64,000 nucleotides of DNA from Flavihumibacter sp. (GTDB taxonomy: Bacteria > Bacteroidota > Bacteroidia > Chitinophagales > Chitinophagaceae). The translations under genes were made by a program, and so were the position numbers. The first letter of the stretch is position 1, and each line of letters starts with the position of its first letter. Shown here piece by piece: positions 49,189-58,694 of the stretch. The notes beneath the pieces were generated by a model. The model searched no databases, was not told the DNA's origin, and saw nothing but the letters and a program-made list of their open reading frames with translations. The DNA is taken from assembly GCA_039811405.1 (NCBI GenBank), contig JBDHYM010000001.1, positions 6,414 to 70,413 of the forward strand, given 5' to 3'.

Positions 49189-52100
49189 TTAAAATCCCAG
49201 GCTTAAACCAAACAATACCTGTTTCGGAGTGGGAATATTATTAATTATCGCGCCCATATAGGTATCAGCGGTACCACTCAATGCAGCATCGGGATCCAAT
49301 GCAGAAGTATTCCGGTTTTTTATAGTAAGGAGATTTTGTGCCTGCAAATAGAGTCTAAGATTATCCAGTTTGTATCGCTTCAAAAACGGCTTGGGAAAAC
49401 TATATCCCAAACGGACCGTCTTCAAGCGTGCATAACTGGCATCTTCCAGGAAATAATCCGAATAAAAGGCGCTGGAATAAGTATCCAGTAAATTAAGCTT
49501 GGGGAGTTTCGCCTTGTCGCCCAGTTCAGGCGTCCATGACTCATACAATGTTTTTGCTGTTCGGCTGAAATCGGCCAGGCGATTCAAATTGAACAATTGT
49601 CCGCCTTTGTTAACAAATACAAATGCATTAAGATCAAAATTCTTATAACTCAACGTAAAGTTCACACTGGTCTGGAAATCCGGGTGCGGGCTCCCTATTA
49701 TGGTCCTGTCCATCGCATTTATAACACCATCTTCGTTTACATCCTTAATCCGCCACCGACCAACTGCAGGTGGTATCCAGGGCGTTGTCGTACCTGTAGG
49801 ATTGTAAGCTGCGTTGAATTCATCTACCTCCCTTTGGCTATTAAAGAATCCATCTAGCTTATATCCATAGTAAGAAGCTATCGGATAGCCAACTTTGGTA
49901 ATACTCGTATTACCGCGGGAAGAAGGAGTGCCTGCAGGGGTTACCTCTCCGCCAAAAATAACAGCAGAGGGGTTGTCAAGCACGCGGGTCACTTTATTCC
50001 GGTAAGTAGAAAAAGTGAAGCCGACATCATATTTCCAGTCGCCCCCGATCTTTCCCCGCTTGGTCAATCCCAAATCAATACCATTATTCTCCATATCGCC
50101 TGCATTCAGATAGGGCTGCACGGCCTCCACACCGGTAGAAGCGGGTTGATTTTGGACAAGCAGGTCTTTGGTCTGCTTCCTATAGAACTCTACAGTAAAA
50201 TCCAGGCTGTTATCCAGAACAGTGAGATCAAACCCGATATTGAGTGTCCTGTTCTCTTCCCACTTCGCATTTGCATTTCCAACCCGCCCTAAGGTTAAGC
50301 TATTAGTAAAACTGCTGTTGCTTCCGCTAATTGGATAGCCTTGTCCCAGGTCTGAGACATACAAATTATACTGGTTATCAGGCGGCAGCCCAAGCTCATT
50401 CCCGATGATACCATAGCTGGCGCGAAACTTCAAATCGTTTACAAACTCAACATTTTTCATAAACGGCTCGGATGAAAGCCGCCAACCCACTGCCAGCGCG
50501 GGGAAATAGCCCACGCGGTTATTTTTACTGAACTTTGAAGATGCATCTCTTCTCAATGTGAAATTGAAAAGATACTTTTCATTAAGTGCGTAGTCGAGGC
50601 GGGTGAACAGTGAATAAAGGGTGTTGTTATAAAAATTTCCTTTATTCGTTTGGGGCCCCACGGCTGCATCCAGGATTTGGAAATTGGGGTTATCCTCCAT
50701 GGTAAGCTCCAGATTGGTTCTTGCGGCGGACAGATTCTCGCCATATGACTTGATTGCTTCAGAACCTACCAGAATTTTAAAATCATGTATTTCGTTGAAT
50801 ATCTTCGAATAGTTAAGCGTATTGGTCCAGGTCAAATTTGAAGTAAAGTTCGCAGCATTTTCAAGAATATTTACTGCATCGTTTTCCGAATGTTCCACAG
50901 TCATTTGTGACAGGTCCTTCAGTCTTCTGGAGGAATAATTTATCCCAATCGACGTCCTGGCTTTCAAATCCTTAAAGATATCCAGCTCTGCAAATGCATT
51001 TCCAAAAACACCGATATTTGAATTCCTGTCAAATCTATTCCGGTAAGCCTGGGTTACAGGATTGCGATAGTTGATCGTAACAGTCTGAGGCGCGGCCGAG
51101 CTGGCAGGGTTACCCATAATATCGTATACAGGAATCAAAGGAGACAAGAACCAAAGAGACTGCAACCCCGTGGCATTTCCTTTCTCCTGGTTGAAATACA
51201 CCTGCATATTGTTTCCTACCCGTAACCTGTCAGACACGATAAAATTTGTATTTACCCGGAAAGAATAGCGGGTCAGGTCATTGTATTTTGTGGCGACGTT
51301 CGTACGGGAAAAGTAATTCATGCTAATCGCGTAGTTGCCTTTTTGACTTCCACCGCTGATACCTAATTGTGCGCTTCCTATATAAGCAGGGTTATACACC
51401 TCTTTAAACCAGTTGGTGTTTCCCGATTTCACAATCTGATGCGTATAGAAATTGTAATTCTGCGGATCAGTCAGGAACTGGAAAAACTGCGGATTGTTAT
51501 TACGCATGGCTTCCAACGCAGTTCCACCATAGCGCGTGCCGTTATAGTTGACCAGGATATATTCGGGGATGACGGGCTCTGGTCCTGAACCGTACTGGCT
51601 ATGGGTCCAGCTCGCGCCTCCGGGTTGATACGCAGGGTTGCCGGTAGCTTCATAAGCCCCCTGCATTTGCTTCCAATAAAGGTCTCCCAGCCCTTTTGCA
51701 TCCAGCAGATCGGGGAAATCTCGGTGACTTACATAATCCTGCCCGATATAGGAATCAAATGAGACTTTGATATTACCGGATTTTCCTCTTTTCGTCGTTA
51801 TGATAACCACCCCATTTGCGGCCCTTGCGCCGTAAATAGAAGCCGCAGCGGCATCTTTAAGGATCTGCATCGATTCGATATCGCTTGGGTTGAGGTTGTC
51901 TATCGCCGACGAAGTTGTTGTGGACCTTGTTCCACTTACCGGAACCCCGTCAATAACATACAGCGGCTCAGACCCTGAGAAAGACCCAAATCCCCTGATC
52001 CTCACTTTCGCCGCACCGTTGAGGCTTCCGTCTGAACTTACGGTAACGCCGGCCGACCGGCCCTGAAGTTGGCTGGTTATATTGGATGTCGGTGTTGCGA

Positions 52101-52818
52101 CCAGGTCTTCCGTTTTTACAATCGACACGGACCCAATAATATCCTTTTTCTTTTCTTTATTATAACCTGTAACAACTACCTCATTCAGGCGCTTTGAATC
52201 CAATTCCATCGTAACATCGATGGTCGTTTTTCCTTTAACCGGAATTTCTTTTGTTATAAATCCCGAATAAGAGAATTCCAATATCCCGCTTTCGGGCACC
52301 TCAATCGTATAGTCGCCATTGTTATCGGAGCTTAGTCCGATATTGGTTCCTTTAAGCTGAATACTAACACCGGCCAACGGCGCCCCATCCTGATCGCGCA
52401 CTTTTCCCCGAATAATAATATCCGCTATCCGCACCCGTTCGGGAGAAATGATCACAACGAGGCCGTCGCGGAACTCCCTGAAAGACAAATTCGTGTTTTG
52501 CAGAAGTTGCCGTAAGGCATCGAGAACCAGCACATTTTTGCCCTTAAGAGAGACAGAGACATTCGGAAGGATATCTTCACTGTACATTAGCCTGACATCA
52601 CTTTTTTGTTCCAGTACAGTTAATGCTTTCTTGAGGGTAACACGCTCAAGATCCAAATCAATTTTCGAACGTTGCGAAAATCCATTGGCATAGACCTGAG
52701 TACAAAGCAGGACGGTAAAAGCGAAGCCCCACTTAAACATCAATAAAAGTTGTTTTGGTAAAGAATGGAAAAGCAATCTTCGACAAAGAACTTTTTTGCA
52801 GAGTTCTTTTGTTCTCAT
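49189..52818 (-). CDS. susC: SusC/RagA TonB-dependent transducer with N-terminal STN signalling domain
   Basis: PLYVIDGVP, DIESMQILKDAAAASIYGARAANGVVIITTK, YARLK; N-terminal extension typical of FecR-coupled transducers. Confidence 0.95.
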   Translation of the reverse strand: MRTKELCKKVLCRRLLFHSLPKQLLLMFKWGFAFTVLLCTQVYANGFSQRSKIDLDLERVTLKKALTVLEQKSDVRLMYSEDILPNVSVSLKGKNVLVLDALRQLLQNTNLSFREFRDGLVVIISPERVRIADIIIRGKVRDQDGAPLAGVSIQLKGTNIGLSSDNNGDYTIEVPESGILEFSYSGFITKEIPVKGKTTIDVTMELDSKRLNEVVVTGYNKEKKKDIIGSVSIVKTEDLVATPTSNITSQLQGRSAGVTVSSDGSLNGAAKVRIRGFGSFSGSEPLYVIDGVPVSGTRSTTTSSAIDNLNPSDIESMQILKDAAAASIYGARAANGVVIITTKRGKSGNIKVSFDSYIGQDYVSHRDFPDLLDAKGLGDLYWKQMQGAYEATGNPAYQPGGASWTHSQYGSGPEPVIPEYILVNYNGTRYGGTALEAMRNNNPQFFQFLTDPQNYNFYTHQIVKSGNTNWFKEVYNPAYIGSAQLGISGGSQKGNYAISMNYFSRTNVATKYNDLTRYSFRVNTNFIVSDRLRVGNNMQVYFNQEKGNATGLQSLWFLSPLIPVYDIMGNPASSAAPQTVTINYRNPVTQAYRNRFDRNSNIGVFGNAFAELDIFKDLKARTSIGINYSSRRLKDLSQMTVEHSENDAVNILENAANFTSNLTWTNTLNYSKIFNEIHDFKILVGSEAIKSYGENLSAARTNLELTMEDNPNFQILDAAVGPQTNKGNFYNNTLYSLFTRLDYALNEKYLFNFTLRRDASSKFSKNNRVGYFPALAVGWRLSSEPFMKNVEFVNDLKFRASYGIIGNELGLPPDNQYNLYVSDLGQGYPISGSNSSFTNSLTLGRVGNANAKWEENRTLNIGFDLTVLDNSLDFTVEFYRKQTKDLLVQNQPASTGVEAVQPYLNAGDMENNGIDLGLTKRGKIGGDWKYDVGFTFSTYRNKVTRVLDNPSAVIFGGEVTPAGTPSSRGNTSITKVGYPIASYYGYKLDGFFNSQREVDEFNAAYNPTGTTTPWIPPAVGRWRIKDVNEDGVINAMDRTIIGSPHPDFQTSVNFTLSYKNFDLNAFVFVNKGGQLFNLNRLADFSRTAKTLYESWTPELGDKAKLPKLNLLDTYSSAFYSDYFLEDASYARLKTVRLGYSFPKPFLKRYKLDNLRLYLQAQNLLTIKNRNTSALDPDAALSGTADTYMGAIINNIPTPKQVLFGLSLGF

Positions 52819-52877
52819 AATTTAGCAATTAGTGTTAGTAAATTCTGGAAGGTGATTTTATCCCTTCTGGTTTTTAG

Positions 52878-52901
52878 TGAGAAGTGTTAGCGCACTTCTC
52901 A
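52878..52901. other. Hairpin in fecR-susC spacer
   Basis: TGAGAAGTG-ttagcg-CACTTCTCA 9-bp stem directly after the fecR stop. Confidence 0.5.
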
Positions 52902-52906
52902 TTTTT

Positions 52907-54016
52907 TTAGTACATAGTTATTTCTCCATTTATATATTCATATTTAAAAGGTTTGGCCACCTGCATGGCAGTTAATAATTCGATGATATTTTCATTGGTT
53001 ATTTTTGCGGTATAGTGGTTGTTAAGAATGCTTTTATTGGTAACTGTAATCCTGATATTATACCAGCGTTCTAATTTTGGAATAAGCTCCTCCAATGTTT
53101 CATTCTCAAAAACCAGTCTGCCTTCAACCCAGGTAACTTCAGCTATGTGTTCCTGATTTGCGATATTAACCTTGGATAGGTTTCCTACCCTGACGGTCAG
53201 GCTTTTATTTGGTTGCTTGTCGTTAAAATCGCCGGTTTGAATATTGTCCTCAACCTCGACCTTATCATTCGCTTTCATATGAATTACCTTGTCGGGGTTT
53301 TCGTTCAATGAAAGCTCAATTTCTCCCCTTATCAAAGCAGCTTCTGTTTTTCGTTCATCCGGATAAGCCTTAATATTAAAAGCAGTGCCCACCACTTTTA
53401 TTGTAACCGAGTGGGTAGTAATTGTAAACGGCCTTGCTTTGTTTTTTGCAACATCGAAATATGCCTCACCTTCCAGGACAACCGGTCGGGTATCGCCATT
53501 TTCAAATCTTTCATCAAATGACAATTTGCTGTCGGAATTCAGGAAAACGCGGGTTCCGTCAGGTAGTGAAAACGATTTTCTGGATCCTTTTTTTGCTATA
53601 TACTCAAACTTATGATATACATCCTTTGCTTTATTTTCATGTCTTGCAAGCACCAGATAAATCGTAAAGACTATACCGATAACTGCCGCTGCAACAGCAA
53701 ACACAGTCCTTATATGACGCTTCAACTTTAGGCTCCTCCGCTGGTCGTTGTCTTGCCCAACTATGGGGTCTTTGTAAGAAGGCGCTGCAAATTGGATCTT
53801 GTCCCGATGCCTCTTCAGATGCTTTGAAAATTCAACATCAATATTCGGTTCAATTGCTTGATGGCTATAGCTTTTCCAAAGCTCATCCAAGAACTCCTCG
53901 TACTTAATCGCTTCAGGATGATTTGCCAGCAGCGTTGCCAACTCAAGCAATTCATCATCAGTAATCGAACCCGCGGCTCTGCGGGTAAGGATTTCGACAA
54001 TTCGATCTTTATCCAT
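52907..54016 (-). CDS. fecR: FecR-family anti-sigma factor
   Basis: TM helix then LPDGTRVFLNSDS, LEGEAYFDV, VVGTAFNI, W..G.LVF..LERWY. Confidence 0.93.
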   Translation of the reverse strand: MDKDRIVEILTRRAAGSITDDELLELATLLANHPEAIKYEEFLDELWKSYSHQAIEPNIDVEFSKHLKRHRDKIQFAAPSYKDPIVGQDNDQRRSLKLKRHIRTVFAVAAAVIGIVFTIYLVLARHENKAKDVYHKFEYIAKKGSRKSFSLPDGTRVFLNSDSKLSFDERFENGDTRPVVLEGEAYFDVAKNKARPFTITTHSVTIKVVGTAFNIKAYPDERKTEAALIRGEIELSLNENPDKVIHMKANDKVEVEDNIQTGDFNDKQPNKSLTVRVGNLSKVNIANQEHIAEVTWVEGRLVFENETLEELIPKLERWYNIRITVTNKSILNNHYTAKITNENIIELLTAMQVAKPFKYEYINGEITMY

Positions 54017-54046
54017 GAATTTTCGGCTTTCGCCTATGGTATAGAC

Positions 54047-54086
54047 AATATTTCCTCAAAAACTCCCTAGTTTTTGAGGAAATATT
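54047..54086. repeat. 18-bp perfect inverted repeat overlapping the probable ECF promoter of fecR
   Basis: AATATTTCCTCAAAAACT-ccct-AGTTTTTGAGGAAATATT. Confidence 0.7.
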
Positions 54087-54132
54087 TTTTTCATGAAGTT
54101 GTGAACAGGAAAAAACCCTCAAAAAGAGGTCA

Positions 54133-54693
54133 TTAGTCGAGCAGGTTCACTTCGTCCCTTAGAATACTTGCCAACCGTTTTGTAGCGAAAACAAGGTGAG
54201 AATCAACGGATTTAGTGGAGATTTCCAGCATTTCGGCAGCTTCCTTATAAGAAAATCCTTCCTCCCGTACCAGCTTGAAAACCAACTTACACTTTCTCGG
54301 TAAAGCAGAAACCGCCTTCCTAAGTTTTCCGACCATCTCACCGCGAATGAAAATTGCCTCGGGGTCCGAATTATAAATCTCAATATCAACATCAATATCC
54401 TGTATTGAAAGGACCTGAACACCGGTGGTCTTTTTGAGAAAATTCAATGACTTATTTTTAGCAACTGTAAAAGCGTAATATTTAATGTTTTCAATTTCAT
54501 GCAACCTTTCACGCTGCTGCCAAATCACCAACAGAACATCACTGGCTATTTCTTCCGACATCTCATGAGATTTCACAATGCTGTAGGAAAACTTTTTTAA
54601 GGGACCATATAACAAACCGAATACCTTCTTGTAAGCCAATTCAGAATTTGAACGGCAAAAAATGGCAGCTAGTTCGTTAAGGTGATTATCCAT
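54133..54693 (-). CDS. ECF RNA polymerase sigma-70 factor
   Basis: EEIASDV..IW, KNKSLN, LPRKCKLVF..EGFSYKE.A..L.IS.KSV. Confidence 0.93.
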   Translation of the reverse strand: MDNHLNELAAIFCRSNSELAYKKVFGLLYGPLKKFSYSIVKSHEMSEEIASDVLLVIWQQRERLHEIENIKYYAFTVAKNKSLNFLKKTTGVQVLSIQDIDVDIEIYNSDPEAIFIRGEMVGKLRKAVSALPRKCKLVFKLVREEGFSYKEAAEMLEISTKSVDSHLVFATKRLASILRDEVNLLD

Positions 54694-54869
54694 TTATACT
54701 TGCACTGGCGAAACTAAAGTTACTGTAAAATAAATCGAAATACCAAAAACAGACCCTGACAAGCACAGGACAAAGCACGGTCTCATCTCAATCAGTTCAA
54801 TGCCGTGCCGTCAGTTAAGTTACCGACTGCCAAACGACCTATCAACCGAGCCGTTTGTTTTTTCCTTTC

Positions 54870-55098
54870 TGGAGGAGTGTTCATATTGATTTTGAAAACA
54901 GGCAGGCTTTGCAAATGCAAACACCAACATCGCCATCATTTTTTTCCTGTCAATCTCCTGCCCATTGTATCAATATAGCTGAACCTGGAAAGGTCGATTC
55001 CATTTTCATTGTCCACATAGGAGAAGGTTTGGGCAATGGGTGAGGTCTTCCAGAAGTGTGCAACATATACAGCCATTGCTCATTTCCACCAGCTTCTC
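54870..55098 (-). pseudogene. Remnant of a COG0523 (CobW/ZigA/YciC) zinc-chaperone GTPase gene with internal deletions
   Basis: Manual minus-strand translation: EKLVEMSNGCICCTLLEDL (55098-55042), then frameshifted PIAQTFSYVDNENGIDLSRFSYIDTM, then frameshifted GQEIDRKKMM; no P-loop or start. Confidence 0.85.
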
Positions 55099-56547
55099 TT
55101 ACCGGTTTACTATTTTCTTATCACCTAGATTCCGGTATCCCCCTGCCGACAGCAGTAAAGCAAGCAGTAAAAGCTGTAGTATTCCTCCAGCCAGCCGTCT
55201 TTGCTGAAAAGTTTGTGGTGTAAAATGAAATACGGGCGAATGCGCATAGTCTTCGGCAGACATAGCCCTGTTCGCAAACAAAGCGGTATTGGAAAACCAG
55301 AAAATGTCGCCATGAAACTGCTTCACCGCAGCTTTGAAATCGAATTCTGTTTTCAAATCGGTGGCCGCGAGGCTATTCAGCATTTCCTGTGTATTCACCG
55401 CGGGGTTGATAAGGTTCATGCGTTCCTGACGGGCGGCTGAACGCTCAACCTCTCTGTAGAACTTATCTACCTGCGCTGCCGACCTCATTTGATCGACGGC
55501 CAGAAAGGCAGAATATCCCTGGTATTTGAAAAAGAGGCTTTTTACACTGGTGTCCTGCGGTTTCAATGCCGGATAATAATCATAAAACGCGCGCAGCGCG
55601 CTATTCATGGCAGCATCCGTTCCAGGCATGCTCCTGCTGCGCATCAGTGTGGCAAACGGGATGGCGCTTGTTCTTTTGTTTCTTTGCCCGGCCAGGTTCA
55701 ATACAGAGGGGATTACGATAAGCAGTAATATCCAGGCGCTAATGGCGGCAGATGCGTTAAAGGAAGTGCTTTTATTGAATGAATTAATGAATAAAAGAAT
55801 AGCAAACCACAGCGCATCATAGATCAATAGCACCGCCAGCCAGTTAAACATAACCAACCCCGACCGGGAGAAACTTACACCCGCTACCACAAACCCCGTA
55901 ACCGACAATACCAATATGATAGCAGCGACCAGCAGGTAACGGAACAACAACCGGCTCATCATTGTACTCCTGAAAGAAAAATTGCTGATTCGCAGCATGG
56001 TAAATGTACCCGTATCCTTTTCGAACGAGACCAGGTCGAAGCAAAGGCCAATGATCAGCAGCGGCATCAGGTAGATCATAACAAAAGAGAGGTCAAAATT
56101 CCCGGCAGACAGCTTAAAGGGATTGTATATTTCCCCTTTGAGCGTTTGTGTGTACAGGTTCTGGGCATTTAGTACAAAATAGTACGGGTACAGGTCCCGC
56201 TGCCCCAAAGCCAGCGCGGCCACCGGCGCCGGCTTATTGGCTGCCACGAAATTATACTGAAACCTGACCACATACGGATAGGCAGCTTGCTCATATTCCT
56301 TTTTACCGCTGGCAGTGGCCGTGTCGGCTTGTATGAAATTCCGGTACGCCTTCTGCACGTTGAGAATGGAATCCTCTACCTGCGATATCCTTTCTGATTG
56401 CCGGGTTATTTCCGTATGGCCGTAATAGATGCTGTACACGCCTATGAGCACAAACAACGATAAAACCAAAAGCTGGAAACGGTTTCGTAACAGTATCTGA
56501 AGCTCATTACGGGCAATAAAACGAAATAATTTCATCCCTGACTCCAT
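55099..56547 (-). CDS. ABC-2-type permease, DUF3526 family
   Basis: LALGQRDLYP, NPFKL..GNFDLSFV.IYL.PL.II, EK..GT; large periplasmic loops; alternative start at 56535. Confidence 0.88.
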   Translation of the reverse strand: MESGMKLFRFIARNELQILLRNRFQLLVLSLFVLIGVYSIYYGHTEITRQSERISQVEDSILNVQKAYRNFIQADTATASGKKEYEQAAYPYVVRFQYNFVAANKPAPVAALALGQRDLYPYYFVLNAQNLYTQTLKGEIYNPFKLSAGNFDLSFVMIYLMPLLIIGLCFDLVSFEKDTGTFTMLRISNFSFRSTMMSRLLFRYLLVAAIILVLSVTGFVVAGVSFSRSGLVMFNWLAVLLIYDALWFAILLFINSFNKSTSFNASAAISAWILLLIVIPSVLNLAGQRNKRTSAIPFATLMRSRSMPGTDAAMNSALRAFYDYYPALKPQDTSVKSLFFKYQGYSAFLAVDQMRSAAQVDKFYREVERSAARQERMNLINPAVNTQEMLNSLAATDLKTEFDFKAAVKQFHGDIFWFSNTALFANRAMSAEDYAHSPVFHFTPQTFQQRRLAGGILQLLLLALLLSAGGYRNLGDKKIVNR

Positions 56548-56555
56548 TTTTATTT

Positions 56556-57977
56556 TTAGACGATATGCTGCATCGCACGGCGATTCAGCATCACCACTGA
56601 AAGAAGAATAAGCATGCTCCAGCTCAATAAAGACCCCAGGCCAATCATGTACGGCTTCACACTTTCATATATACCACGCTGCCTGTATTTAAAGGGCGGG
56701 ACTTCTTCGTAAACATGCCGATCCGCATTGTAATCCCAGTCTCCCAGCTTTGAATGGTTTTGCATATCCCTGTTCATGTGCTGTACAAAGTCCCTTCTGT
56801 ACCGTTCCGCCTGCGTTTGAAAATCCAGGTGCGTATAATAATCGGTACCCGACAAGCTCATGGAAAGCCCCTTTACGGCCAAGAAAGGATCTATGATACT
56901 GCACCATAAGCTGATCTGGTTCTGCCGGTCGAGCGTTTTCTCCAATTGAGCAAAATGCTTATCGTAAACAAGGCTGCTATATTCTTCGCCCGCCTGCATT
57001 ATATATCCCTCGTAGTTGAAGGGAAGCCTGGAGGTACTGTCTACCTGGTATTGGGCAAGCAATTCCTTTTTCAGCTTTTCCGCCCTGGCTCCGCTGGGAT
57101 CGTGCCCGTCTATACCCTGCGCAATAGCTGTCTTGATCGCCCTCGTGAAATCGTATTTTGTCGGCAGCGGATGCAGGTTGTCTCCGGCATTGGCAGCCCA
57201 TTTGGGAATCAGGATGACATTGGCTATCCAAACGGCCAACAAGATCAATACCGCTGATTTGGGCTCTTTACACAAAGCCGATACCAGCAACGCAACACCC
57301 ACAAACAGCAACAGGTACAAGGCATATAAGAGGCCTAACAAAGCAATACGCATGATCACTCCGGCCGTCGCCTCCAGGAATACAAGCTGGACAAACAGGA
57401 GCATCGCAACGGCCGGCAGCAGCATCACTAAGGCGACCATACCATAGCCGATGAATTTCCCTGTGTACAATTGACTGAAGCTGATACCCTGGGCATACAG
57501 TTGTTTCAACGTACCGCCTTTCCGTTCACCACTGAATGACGCAAAGGCAATAAAGATGATCATTACCGGGAGCAGCACCTGCAATACCAGGGCCATGGAA
57601 AGCTCTCCAAAACGCAACGAAGCGTTCCTGACCTCTGCCGGTTTAAAAGAAAAATCGTTCTGGCGATGCGGTTCCAGGTAAATGGTGGTTCCGGTGAAAG
57701 CATCCAGCCCTACATCAAACATGCTCAATGCCGTTTTCGGCATAAAAGCGAAATTCCCGAAGTGGGCTGCCATATGGGGGTGCTTGGAATCCTGCCGGAG
57801 CCACTGCTCCCTGGTTTCCTGCGCTGCATGCAATCGCTCCTGGTATTGCTGCCGATACATCCTGTACCCTGAAATGGCCGCCGTTGCCAGCAAACAGGCA
57901 AATACGCTGTAGGCAACCAGGAAGGTCCGGTTTCTCCAGGCGCTTAAAAGCTCTTTTTTAGCAATAATCCATATCAT
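56556..57977 (-). CDS. ABC-2-type permease, DUF3526 family (His-motif paralog)
   Basis: KHPHMAAHFG..F.P..LS.FD.G, LEPHRQN, RFGELS, ER.GGTL, GTDYYTHLDF. Confidence 0.9.
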   Translation of the reverse strand: MIWIIAKKELLSAWRNRTFLVAYSVFACLLATAAISGYRMYRQQYQERLHAAQETREQWLRQDSKHPHMAAHFGNFAFMPKTALSMFDVGLDAFTGTTIYLEPHRQNDFSFKPAEVRNASLRFGELSMALVLQVLLPVMIIFIAFASFSGERKGGTLKQLYAQGISFSQLYTGKFIGYGMVALVMLLPAVAMLLFVQLVFLEATAGVIMRIALLGLLYALYLLLFVGVALLVSALCKEPKSAVLILLAVWIANVILIPKWAANAGDNLHPLPTKYDFTRAIKTAIAQGIDGHDPSGARAEKLKKELLAQYQVDSTSRLPFNYEGYIMQAGEEYSSLVYDKHFAQLEKTLDRQNQISLWCSIIDPFLAVKGLSMSLSGTDYYTHLDFQTQAERYRRDFVQHMNRDMQNHSKLGDWDYNADRHVYEEVPPFKYRQRGIYESVKPYMIGLGSLLSWSMLILLSVVMLNRRAMQHIV

Positions 57978-57986
57978 TTTAACGGC

Positions 57987-58685
57987 TCATTGAATGGTTT
58001 CCAGGTAAAGCTGCTGCAAATCCGGTGCGCTTATATCAGCAGCACGGAGGGTATGAACAATGGCACCCTGCTTTATAATGCCGATATGTGTACCCACGTT
58101 CACGGCATTGAAAATATCGTGTGTCGCCATCAGCACGGCTCTTCCAGCAGTGCAGAAAGCGCGTATGACATCCGTAAATTCATTCGTTGCTTTGGGATCC
58201 AACCCGCTGGTGGGCTCGTCCATGATCAGGGCGCCTGCATTTTTGGCAATGGCAATGGCGATGCCTACTTTCTGCCGCATACCTTTTGAGTACGACTGCA
58301 GCCTTTTGCGAAAAGCGGCCTCCTGCAGTCCGGCCCGGCGAAGGAATACCGACAGCTCATCGTCTGAATAGGAAAAGCCGGACAGCTCACTGAAAAAGCG
58401 TACATTTTCCAGCCCTGTCAGCATCGGGTACAGCATTACTATCTCCGGGATATAGGCCAAGTACTTTTTGGTTTCCAGCGGGTGCTGTTCTACGTCGATG
58501 TTATTGACGAACGCCCTCCCGCTGTCTGGCTTAACGAAGTTCAGCAGGATGTTAATGGTCGTTGATTTTCCTGCGCCATTGGCTCCCAGCAGGCAATACA
58601 CCTCCCCGGGCTTCACTTCCAGCGTCACGCCTTTCAACACCTGCTGCTGACCGAAACTTTTTACAAGATGTTCTGCTTTAATCAT
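57987..58685 (-). CDS. ABC transporter ATP-binding protein
   Basis: Walker A GANGAGKS, signature YSKGMRQ, Walker B IMDEP, H-loop ATHD. Confidence 0.95.
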   Translation of the reverse strand: MIKAEHLVKSFGQQQVLKGVTLEVKPGEVYCLLGANGAGKSTTINILLNFVKPDSGRAFVNNIDVEQHPLETKKYLAYIPEIVMLYPMLTGLENVRFFSELSGFSYSDDELSVFLRRAGLQEAAFRKRLQSYSKGMRQKVGIAIAIAKNAGALIMDEPTSGLDPKATNEFTDVIRAFCTAGRAVLMATHDIFNAVNVGTHIGIIKQGAIVHTLRAADISAPDLQQLYLETIQ

Positions 58686-58694
58686 TGTATAATT

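Noticed and set aside
43461-54707. TGCACTG at both ends of the PUL (43461 and 54701) as a target-site duplication
   Set aside because: Only 7 bp, expected by chance, and the right copy lies between the sigma gene and its probable promoter.
54855-55043. 62-aa plus-strand ORF
   Set aside because: Antisense to the COG0523 remnant, with no features of its own.
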